From the NCBI GenBank assembly GCA_902579395.1, contig CACHGK010000002.1, forward strand, positions 89,694 through 153,693: 64,000 nucleotides of DNA, in the 5' to 3' direction. Under the pieces are notes generated by a model that worked only from the letters and a program-made list of their open reading frames with translations, had not been told where the DNA came from and made no database searches. Within the stretch, counting starts at the first letter, position 1; each line of letters opens with the position of its first letter. Of this stretch, positions 56,328-64,000 are shown piece by piece. The stretch is from an uncultured Alphaproteobacteria bacterium (GTDB taxonomy: Bacteria; Pseudomonadota; Alphaproteobacteria; Methylaequorales; Methylaequoraceae). The position numbers and the translations under genes are program-made.

Positions 56328-56376
56328 TTTAATATTCATGGAGATATTCCTACAGATTTTGAAAAAAAGTTTGATA
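56328..56376 (+). repeat. Second copy of the cassette right-end block
   Basis: TTTAATATTCATGGAGATATTCCTACAGATTTTGAAAAAAAGTTTGATA, homologous to 53140-53190. Confidence 0.85.
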
Positions 56377-56420
56377 GAAAAAACCTTATGTAATCAAATT
56401 AATAACATACATTATACATA

Positions 56421-56480
56421 ACGGATTCAAAATCCGTTGAACTTCGATTCATGTCCGTTCGAGTCGGACTAGGGGTACCA
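56421..56480 (+). repeat. tRNA-Leu 3' fragment copy 3 (attR-like), 60 bp
   Basis: Matches 51446-51505 with one G>A mismatch at 56447 (variable arm). Confidence 0.97.
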
Positions 56481-56581
56481 TGAAATTAATTGTCTTTTCC
56501 TGAATAAATTTTTATGATTAGATTCTGACTTAACCTTATTCCTAAAGATAATTTTTAAAAAGTGTGATAGTAAAGTTTATT

Positions 56582-57346
56582 ATGACAAGACATAGAGGAA
56601 AATTTAATATAAACAACCCTGAACCTTATGAACTAAGCAGATCAAGAATAGAAAACTTTATAAAATGTCCAGCTTGTTTTTTTATGCAGCAGGTTGAAGG
56701 TATTGAGTTTCCAAGTATGCCAGGTTTCAACATCAATGAAGCTACGGATATTTTGTTAAAAAAAGATTTTGATTATTATAGAGAAAAAAAAAAAACTCAT
56801 CCATTTTTAGAAAACCACGGTTTTTCTCACCTTATACCGTTTCAACATAAACATTTTGAACTGTGGACTCAAAGTATGCATTTTGGTGCTGAAAACAGAA
56901 TGCATTATGATCATTTGGAGTCAAATATTAGAGTGGGAGGTGGGCTTGATGATGTATGGTTGAATACAAAAACATCTAAAATCCACATAGTTGATTATAA
57001 AAGTACATCACAAAAAAAAAATAACGGTCCTATAAATTTAAACGATAAATGGAAAGAAGCTTACAAGAGACAAATGGATCTATACGTTTGGGTAATGAAA
57101 AGGAAAGGTTTTAATGTTGATGAAATAGGGTTTTTTTTATACTGCGATGGCAACAGATTTACAGATCAAAGCTTTTTAAATAATAAAAACGCAATGATGG
57201 AATTCAAAATTACTTTAATAGAATACAAAACAAATCTTTCATGGATTGAAGTAACACTGAATAACATTCACAGTTGCTTAAGGTTGGACAAACGACCTAA
57301 ACATTCAGAAAATTGTGAATACGGTATTTTTATTAATCAAATTTAA
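56582..57346 (+). CDS. PD-(D/E)XK nuclease, solo Cas4/AddB-like (ATG 56582 preferred over GTG 56564)
   Basis: LSRSRIENFIKCPACFF, GGLDDVW, IVDYKST, YKRQMDLY, C-terminal CEY. Confidence 0.8.
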   Translation: MTRHRGKFNINNPEPYELSRSRIENFIKCPACFFMQQVEGIEFPSMPGFNINEATDILLKKDFDYYREKKKTHPFLENHGFSHLIPFQHKHFELWTQSMHFGAENRMHYDHLESNIRVGGGLDDVWLNTKTSKIHIVDYKSTSQKKNNGPINLNDKWKEAYKRQMDLYVWVMKRKGFNVDEIGFFLYCDGNRFTDQSFLNNKNAMMEFKITLIEYKTNLSWIEVTLNNIHSCLRLDKRPKHSENCEYGIFINQI

Positions 57347-57444
57347 GAAAACTTTGAAACCATTTTAGAAAATTAATGCAGTCAAAGGTTCTAGACCTAA
57401 CGTAATTGATCAAGTGAAGTTAATGATCTTCTTTACATAGAAAA

Positions 57445-59934
57445 TTATCCATTTCTTAATAGAGAGTATGCGTTAGTATTTACATACTTCCTATTTGAAA
57501 TCAATAATGTAAAGATTAGTATTATTAAAAATAAACCAGAAATAATAAAAGAAACAGAGAGAGAAAAATACCAGTTAATATTTAAAAAGTTTACTATAAA
57601 GATGTAAGAAAAAATTACAGAAAATATTAATGAAGATATAATTATTGGAATAAAAACTATTAAAGATTCAAAAATTAGTAACTTTATAATACTAGATTTT
57701 TCAAAACCAAGAATTCTTAAGACTATGTTTTGATAAATCTTAAGATTCCCAATTACACTTACAGCATTTGATATTACGATTAGTCCGATAAAAATAACTA
57801 CGCCCGAAATTAAAATACTTGCAATAAATAATTTGTTTAAAAAATTTCTTGTTTTATTTATGTAATCCGACAGTTTAATATAAGTAATGGTTGGTAATGT
57901 TGTTATTAAATTGCTGAAATTGACTAATTTATCATGCTTAAACTTCACAGCAGATAAATATTCGTGAGGAATTTTCGAAGCGAACTTTGGATTAAATAAA
58001 ATTGCAAAATTTATGTTCAGATCTCTGTAATCAACTTTTCGAAAGTTCTCAATAATCCCTGAAACTGAATTACCATAAATGTTAAATGTAATGGAGTCAC
58101 CTATTTTAAGTTTTAGATCACTAGCAACTTTGTAATCTAATGAAAGTTTTAATTTATATTCTTTATCTGAATCCCACCACTTGCCCATGACAATTGGATT
58201 ATTGGTTGGAGGCTCATCTGACCAAGATATTCTTCTTTCTCCATTAATAAACCAAAAACTTTTATTTTTTTCATCAATTATTTCCTTTGGTTTTCTGTTA
58301 TTTATAGCCTCTATTCTTGCAGATATCATTGGGAAAATTTCTTTGTTTGCTTCATCATCAATCTCACGAATTTGATCTGAGAATATATTTAATTCATTTT
58401 TTTGAATTCCTAAAAAGAAGTAATCAGGAGCGTTTTCAGGTATTGAAGTATTTAATTCCTTATTAATATTAGAAGACAAAAATCCCAGAAAAAATATAAC
58501 CGTTATACCTAATCCCATTGTCATTATTATTGTCGAATTAAGACTACGATATGCTTTTAGATTTTTAATTCCCATTTTTATAGATATGTTTTCAATATTT
58601 TTAATTTTATTTAAAATTAATATGTAGAACTTCGATAAAATGAAATAGAAAAAACCAATTATAATAAAAAAAGAGAAGAATATTGCTGTTTGCAGAGGCT
58701 TAACATTATATAGACAGAAAAAAATAATAAATATTAATAAAAATATGCTAATTTCAATGATCGATTTTCTACTCAAATTTAAATTCAAGTTTGAATTACT
58801 GCTTCTAAATAAATTGGATACTTTAATTTGTTCAATACTATCTAAAACAGGTTTAGCAAATATAAAAAATATTAAAATGCTAAAGAACTGAATTTTCAAA
58901 TACTCGTAGAATTTAAATTTAACCTTAAGATGAATATTTAAAAAATCTAGAAGATACTGATCTAAGATTGAAACCAAGAATAAACTAAAAGTATAAGCAA
59001 AAAATGAACAAAGGATCAGAATTATTAAACTTTGAATGTAGTATAATAATTTAATATTTTTAGAACTGAGTCCTAATGACTTAAAGATTGCAATTTTGAA
59101 CTGATTGTTAGTTAAAAATGAAAATAATGAGTTTTTTAATCCAATGCCAGAAATAAGAATAGCTGAGGCTGATATAATAGTTAAAAAATAAATAAAATTT
59201 TCAATGGCTTTTTTTAGATTCTGATTGATATCCTCAGGATATTTTATTTCAAGATTTTTATATTTGCTTAAGTTATTAAGAAATTTTTCATTATTATCCT
59301 TATTTATCAGTTTATATTTAAAAATAAAAAAACTTCCAAGATTATCAATTTTTAAATCCTTAAAGCTAGATTCATTTATTAACGCTTGATCTCCGAAAAG
59401 AAATGCACCCCCAATATCTGGGAGACTCTCAATAACTCCAATAACTTCAAACTCACTATTTTGTATTTTAATTCTTTCACCTAGTTGTAAATCAAGATTG
59501 TTCTGAGTAGTTTTATCAATCAAAATACTATTTGGTTTGGTCTTAAGTATTTGAAGTGAATTTGGAGGCTCAACGATTACATTACCAATCAGCGGATAAG
59601 AACTATCTATTACTTTTACTCTGATTGTTTTACTTTTTTCATTTTTGGTTCTCATAATTGAAGTAAATTCAATTACCTTTGTTAAAAAGAATTCCTCTTT
59701 TAATTTATCTAATAAATTTAAATCTAAAGCTTCATTTTTCGTTGATAGTTCTAAATCGCCTCCAAGTAAAACTCTTGAATTATTTTTTATCTCATTTTCT
59801 ATGCCATTTTTTAAAATTGTAACGGAAGAAAAAATTACAAAACTTATAAAAATTGTAAAAAAAACTTTTGTAATCTTTGATTTATTCTTATTTAATTCGT
59901 GTATTAAAAATTGAAGATATTTTGGAAAAGTCAT
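57445..59934 (-). CDS. ABC transporter permease, YbbP-like (two FtsX/MacB-type repeats)
   Basis: LLGGDLEL, IAIFKSLG, APDYFFLGIQ, RKVDY-x4-INF, LRILG; 829 aa; follows the ABC ATPase. Confidence 0.85.
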   Translation of the reverse strand: MTFPKYLQFLIHELNKNKSKITKVFFTIFISFVIFSSVTILKNGIENEIKNNSRVLLGGDLELSTKNEALDLNLLDKLKEEFFLTKVIEFTSIMRTKNEKSKTIRVKVIDSSYPLIGNVIVEPPNSLQILKTKPNSILIDKTTQNNLDLQLGERIKIQNSEFEVIGVIESLPDIGGAFLFGDQALINESSFKDLKIDNLGSFFIFKYKLINKDNNEKFLNNLSKYKNLEIKYPEDINQNLKKAIENFIYFLTIISASAILISGIGLKNSLFSFLTNNQFKIAIFKSLGLSSKNIKLLYYIQSLIILILCSFFAYTFSLFLVSILDQYLLDFLNIHLKVKFKFYEYLKIQFFSILIFFIFAKPVLDSIEQIKVSNLFRSSNSNLNLNLSRKSIIEISIFLLIFIIFFCLYNVKPLQTAIFFSFFIIIGFFYFILSKFYILILNKIKNIENISIKMGIKNLKAYRSLNSTIIMTMGLGITVIFFLGFLSSNINKELNTSIPENAPDYFFLGIQKNELNIFSDQIREIDDEANKEIFPMISARIEAINNRKPKEIIDEKNKSFWFINGERRISWSDEPPTNNPIVMGKWWDSDKEYKLKLSLDYKVASDLKLKIGDSITFNIYGNSVSGIIENFRKVDYRDLNINFAILFNPKFASKIPHEYLSAVKFKHDKLVNFSNLITTLPTITYIKLSDYINKTRNFLNKLFIASILISGVVIFIGLIVISNAVSVIGNLKIYQNIVLRILGFEKSSIIKLLIFESLIVFIPIIISSLIFSVIFSYIFIVNFLNINWYFSLSVSFIISGLFLIILIFTLLISNRKYVNTNAYSLLRNG

Positions 59935-59936
59935 TG

Positions 59937-60605
59937 TTAAACTTTTATTCGACCATCAATGATGTTTAAAATTCTATCACACTTTTTTGCCAATTCCATA
60001 TTATGAGTAACTAAAATTAAAGTAATTTTTTTTTTCTTAGAATATTTCAACAGCAAATCAGATACTAATTTTGTATTTTTTGTATCTAAGTTTCCAGTAG
60101 GTTCATCTGCCAAGATAATCTCTGGACCAAATGAAATCGCTCTAGCAATCGCAACTCTTTGTTGTTCACCACCTGATAATTCAGAAGGTAAATTATCTTT
60201 TCGATGATCTAGACCTATATCTGAAAGAAGCGAAGTAGCTTTTTTTTTTTCATTATTAATTTTATTTATTTGCATTGGAAACATTACATTTTCAATAGCA
60301 GTATAATTTGGTATTAAATAAAATTGCTGAAAAATTAATCCAATTCTTTTTTTTCTTATTTCAGTTTTTCTTTTTTCAGAAATTTTAGAGAAATCTTCCT
60401 GATTAAAAAATATTGAACCGCTTGTAGGTTTTTCTAAACCAGACATTAGCATCAAAAGGCTTGTTTTTCCTGAACCACTTTCACCCATTATAGCCACTCG
60501 TTCGTTAGTATTTATTTCAAAATTAATATTTTTTAAAACCTTGATTTCATGACCATTTAAATGATAGTTAAGATTTATGTTATCTAGTCTATACAAATTT
60601 TTCAT
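59937..60605 (-). CDS. ABC transporter ATP-binding protein, YbbA/LolD-like
   Basis: GESGSGKT, LSGGEQQRVAIARA, ILADEPTGNLD, VTHN. Confidence 0.92.
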   Translation of the reverse strand: MKNLYRLDNINLNYHLNGHEIKVLKNINFEINTNERVAIMGESGSGKTSLLMLMSGLEKPTSGSIFFNQEDFSKISEKRKTEIRKKRIGLIFQQFYLIPNYTAIENVMFPMQINKINNEKKKATSLLSDIGLDHRKDNLPSELSGGEQQRVAIARAISFGPEIILADEPTGNLDTKNTKLVSDLLLKYSKKKKITLILVTHNMELAKKCDRILNIIDGRIKV

Positions 60606-61218
60606 TTTTAGATTTATGTTTATTTTGATTATTGCAGTAAACCTTATACCAACAAAAGTTTATTGTAATCAAAAAATTGTATTGTTTGGTGATAGTTTAA
60701 TGGCTGGTTATGGTTTAGATCAAGAGTTTCATTTATCAACCATTTTGGAAAAAAATCTCAAAATTAAAGGATTCAATGTAAATGTAGTAAATGCAAGTGT
60801 ATCTGGAGATACAACATCTGGCGGACTTAATAGATTGAGTTGGTTAATTGAGAAAAAAGATATAGATATTATGGTTTTATGTCTTGGGGCCAATGATATG
60901 TTAAGAGGCATAAAACCTATTCATATAAAAAACAATTTGAATAAAATATTAGAAATTTTAAAAGAAAATAAGATAACTGTCCTTTTCGCAGGCATGATAT
61001 CTCAGGAAACATTTGGAGAAAGTTATAAGAAAGAATTTGATAGAATATATCCTGAACTGGCTTACAAATTTAAAGTTTCTTTTTTACCTTTTCTGCTAGA
61101 TGGTGTTGCACTTAATCCTGAACTAAATTTAAAAGATGGAAAACACCCTAACTCTAAAGGTGTAAATTTAATTAGTAAAAATTTAGAAAAGAAATTAATT
61201 GCACTTCTTGATCAATAG
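60577..61218 (+). CDS. tesA: Arylesterase / acyl-CoA thioesterase I (GDSL/SGNH); start may be ATG 60616
   Basis: FGDSLMAGYG, NASVSGDTTSGG, LGANDMLRG, DGKHPN; head-to-head with the ybbA-like gene. Confidence 0.88.
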   Translation: MLSSLYKFFIFRFMFILIIAVNLIPTKVYCNQKIVLFGDSLMAGYGLDQEFHLSTILEKNLKIKGFNVNVVNASVSGDTTSGGLNRLSWLIEKKDIDIMVLCLGANDMLRGIKPIHIKNNLNKILEILKENKITVLFAGMISQETFGESYKKEFDRIYPELAYKFKVSFLPFLLDGVALNPELNLKDGKHPNSKGVNLISKNLEKKLIALLDQ

Positions 61219-61349
61219 TCTGATTTACATATAAATATAATAACACTCAATTAATTGAAGTTTGAGATGTATAAGCTTATGATTTAAACTTGATGGTAAA
61301 AAAATTAATTTGAGAATCATCCGATCTTTAATTAAGGTTAACATATAAA

Positions 61350-62327
61350 ATGAAAAAACATATTGCAGTAATTGGTGCTGGTTTATCAGGAATCACGATT
61401 GCCTCAATCATTAAAGAAAAATTTAAAGTGGAAGTCTTCGAAAAATCAAGAGGGGTTGGTGGAAGAATGTCAACTAGAAAAGAACTTCCATTCATCTTTG
61501 ATCATGGAGCACAATTTTTTAAAATTGAATCAAATGATTTCAAGAATTTCGTTGCAGAATTGATTGCTCAACAAATTATTTGTCCATGGAAACTAAAGCT
61601 TGCATATTTTGAGGGAGATAATTTGAAGAAAATTAAAATGATACAAAAAAAACATAAATTTTATGTTGGAGTTCCAAGTATGGACTCGATTGTTAAATAT
61701 ATGTCAAAAGATCTGTGTGTTAATCTTAATACAAAAATTGAAAGAATCATTAAGAAAGGCGATAAATGGTATATATATGACCAAAATAAAAAGCGTCATG
61801 GTCACTATGATTGGATTATAATAAGTCTTCCAGCAGAACAATCTTTAGAATTGATAGCAAAAACAATATGCTTTCATTCATTAATTAAAAAAATTAAAAT
61901 GGTTGGGTGTATTAGTTTGATGGTAGGTTTGAATAAATCTTTAAATTTAGATTTTGACGCAGCTTTAATCAAAAATAAAGATATTGCATGGTTAGCTTTA
62001 AACAATTCTAAACCTCATAGAAAAAAAAATACTTGTTTGTTAATAAATTCCTCATACGAGTACGCAAAAAAAAATTCCAACTCCTCAAAGATTAAAGTCC
62101 AGAAACATTTACTGAATGAAACACGTAACCTAATAAATTCTAATTTATCAGATGCAGAACTTCTAAAAGTTCATCAATGGAAATATGTTGAAGCAAAGAA
62201 TCATCCTGCTGAAGATTATTTTATTGATCGGGACCAAAAAATAGGAGTTTGCGGTGACTGGTTTATTAACAGTAGAGTTGAAGGTGCGTTTCTAAGTGCA
62301 AAAAAACTATCAAATGAAATTCTTTAA
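61350..62327 (+). CDS. Renalase-like FAD/NAD(P)-dependent oxidoreductase
   Basis: IAVIGAGLSG, FEKSRGVGGRMSTR, FDHGAQFF, CGDW...RVEGAFLS. Confidence 0.85.
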   Translation: MKKHIAVIGAGLSGITIASIIKEKFKVEVFEKSRGVGGRMSTRKELPFIFDHGAQFFKIESNDFKNFVAELIAQQIICPWKLKLAYFEGDNLKKIKMIQKKHKFYVGVPSMDSIVKYMSKDLCVNLNTKIERIIKKGDKWYIYDQNKKRHGHYDWIIISLPAEQSLELIAKTICFHSLIKKIKMVGCISLMVGLNKSLNLDFDAALIKNKDIAWLALNNSKPHRKKNTCLLINSSYEYAKKNSNSSKIKVQKHLLNETRNLINSNLSDAELLKVHQWKYVEAKNHPAEDYFIDRDQKIGVCGDWFINSRVEGAFLSAKKLSNEIL

Positions 62328-62344
62328 TAACAATAAAAATTAAT

Positions 62345-64000
62345 TTACAAATCTAACCACGAATATTTTTCTTTAAATTTATCAAGAACAAAATAATAGT
62401 CATAATACTTATTTAAATGCTTTTTATTTATTCCTTCTTTGATCTGGTGTTTAGATGAAGTGTTTGTAAAAAAACTTTTTGTTGAAAAATCAAATATTTT
62501 ATTAGACCACTTTAAATTTAAAAAATTAAATAATTTTTTTGTCTCTTTTTCCTTGTTTGTGATAAGATTACTGTAATTTATTTCTAAAATATTAGTTTTA
62601 TATTTTTTGTTTAGAATTTTCATCAACTTTAAATACTCATCCGTATATTCTAAAATATCTTCTATTGTGTGTGCCCAAGGAACATTATCAAATTGTTGCT
62701 TAAATATTCCAATTATATTTTCCTTAATATCTCTTGTACAATGTATAAATTTTGCTTTAGGAAATATACTAATTATGAAATCCATAAAAACAAAGTTTTG
62801 AAGAGACTTATCAGTAAATCTTTTAAAATTTTGTAACTCACTAAAATGTTTACAATAAAAATCATAAAGTGAGTTATTATTAATTAAATCTTGATCGTGA
62901 ATAAAAGTATTTACAATATCTGATTCATCACAATCGAAAATTTCTTTGGGATTTTGAATAATTTTCTCAACTAGCGTTGACCCCGTTCGTGGCAAACCAA
63001 CTATAAATATTGGACTAACTGAATAATTTATAAATTTATCTTTTTGATAATTATCTTTTAACTTGAGATGGTGTTTATACATTCTCATCGGCATAAATTG
63101 TTTCACCAAATCTGATTGAGATGGCAATGATTTATATTTATTCTGAAAAAACTCAATTTTTGACAATCCTAAAAAATGTATTTCCTCACGAAAATTTTTA
63201 TCAAACTCATTTTTTTTCGACAATAATATTAAAGACAATATGAAATCTTTAAAATATAAATATCTGGAATTTAGATCTGATTGATACTTATACTTAAAAA
63301 GGAAATTATTATAATCACTTTCTAACTTTTCTTGTTGAAGATCTTTAGGTCCTAAACAACCTAAACATAATTTTTCATATAAACGATAGTTACCAGTTAT
63401 ATAGTCCATATTCTTATCTAAGAAATATATAATTTCAGCTTTGTCGTAAAATGTTGATATTAATTTATATTCCAAATAAACCAGTCTAACCTTTTCATTT
63501 TTAAATTTGGGATAAAATCTTTTAAGTTCACTTAATCCGGTAGGAGGATTATCTTTTTGAAAAGTAAGTATATAAGATTCAACTAAGTCTAAGTTATTGT
63601 ATTTCTCAATTAAATTTTTTAAAGCTTTTCTTCCCTTACTAAAATTCCCATAATGATATATTTCAATTAAAATTTTTTGCTGTTGCCCTCTAAAGTCATT
63701 TGGAAACTCTCTAATTGAAATTGAAATTAATTTTTCAGACAGTTTTAAATCATTAAATATTGTTTCAGCAATACTAGCTAGATAAAAAAAAAAGTTTGCA
63801 TTCCTTTTGTATTCTTTATCTAATTTATAACACTCTATAAATTTATAAATTTGTATTTTAGCTTCTTTTAGACGACCTGATTGTAATAAGGCTTGAATTT
63901 TAGCTGAGTATAAATCTAAGGAATGAGGATATATTTGAAATGCCCATTCAATTAGTTCTAAGGCAGATTCTAATTGTTTTGATTCAAGGGAAATAAAAAT
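62345..64000 (-). CDS. TPR-repeat sulfotransferase (5' end beyond the window; track ORF 62345-63475 is truncated)
   Basis: PIFIVGLPRTGSTLVE, FTDKSL, AKFIHCTR, TSSKHQI. The frame stays open from 63475 to 64000 and encodes TPR-like helices (ESALELIEWAFQIYPHSLDLYSAKIQALLQSGRLKEA). Confidence 0.85.
   Translation of the reverse strand: MFISLESKQLESALELIEWAFQIYPHSLDLYSAKIQALLQSGRLKEAKIQIYKFIECYKLDKEYKRNANFFFYLASIAETIFNDLKLSEKLISISIREFPNDFRGQQQKILIEIYHYGNFSKGRKALKNLIEKYNNLDLVESYILTFQKDNPPTGLSELKRFYPKFKNEKVRLVYLEYKLISTFYDKAEIIYFLDKNMDYITGNYRLYEKLCLGCLGPKDLQQEKLESDYNNFLFKYKYQSDLNSRYLYFKDFILSLILLSKKNEFDKNFREEIHFLGLSKIEFFQNKYKSLPSQSDLVKQFMPMRMYKHHLKLKDNYQKDKFINYSVSPIFIVGLPRTGSTLVEKIIQNPKEIFDCDESDIVNTFIHDQDLINNNSLYDFYCKHFSELQNFKRFTDKSLQNFVFMDFIISIFPKAKFIHCTRDIKENIIGIFKQQFDNVPWAHTIEDILEYTDEYLKLMKILNKKYKTNILEINYSNLITNKEKETKKLFNFLNLKWSNKIFDFSTKSFFTNTSSKHQIKEGINKKHLNKYYDYYFVLDKFKEKYSWLDL

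Larger units (their letters stand above)
51449..56480. mobile_element. tRNA-Leu-anchored tandem array of integrated cassettes (cassette 1 ~51506-53308, cassette 2 ~53309-56480), no intact integrase
   Basis: Direct repeats of the tRNA 3' part at 51449-51505, 53252-53308 and 56421-56480; shared right-end block; accessory cargo. Confidence 0.85.

Noticed and set aside
51449-56480. CRISPR interpretation of three direct repeats next to a Cas4-like gene
   Set aside because: Repeats are 57-60 bp tRNA fragments separated by kilobase gene-bearing segments; no cas1/cas2
53252-56480. Additional functional tRNA genes at repeats 2 and 3
   Set aside because: Both lack the 5' acceptor strand and D-arm, so no cloverleaf can form
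60577-60616. Head-to-head overlap of tesA and the ABC ATPase starts
   Set aside because: Known conserved tesA/ybbA arrangement; an alternative ATG at 60616 removes the overlap

Overview
AT-rich alphaproteobacterial chromosome segment; gene order and composition suggest a streamlined, probably marine lineage (inference). Bases 1-51.4 kb are mostly core genome: sdhD(partial)-sdhAB-zapE-nadA-nadC-mdh-sucCD-like, an ACT-domain gene, xerC, priA, atpHAGDC, the rppH-ctpA-envC-gpmI-rlmH-rsfS-nadD-proAB-obgE-rpmA-rplU block, phaAB, metXW, hisC-tyrC, ftsEX, lysA/argH, etfAB and an ethylmalonyl-CoA pathway cluster (mcd, ccr, ecm). A flexible island starts at 51.4 kb, anchored on tRNA-Leu(CAA) (51419-51505). 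The 3' 57-60 nt of the tRNA recur at 53252-53308 and 56421-56480 and delimit two small integrase-less cassettes (1.8 and 3.2 kb). Both cassettes end in a homologous ~50-bp block. Cassette 1 also has tandem GTTTGATA(CTAA) repeats at both ends, an IHF-consensus site and a probable 35-codon integrase N-terminal remnant. Cargo looks surface-modifying (FliB-like methylase, sulfotransferases), and a solo Cas4-like nuclease follows the last repeat. Other oddities: SucCD with altered substrate-pocket motifs and an ACT gene where sucAB-lpdA usually sits, FtsE with degenerate catalytic motifs, nadA-nadC without nadB, and an A9-tract frameshift at the start of a Nudix gene. All calls come from motif recognition by eye; no database searches were run.
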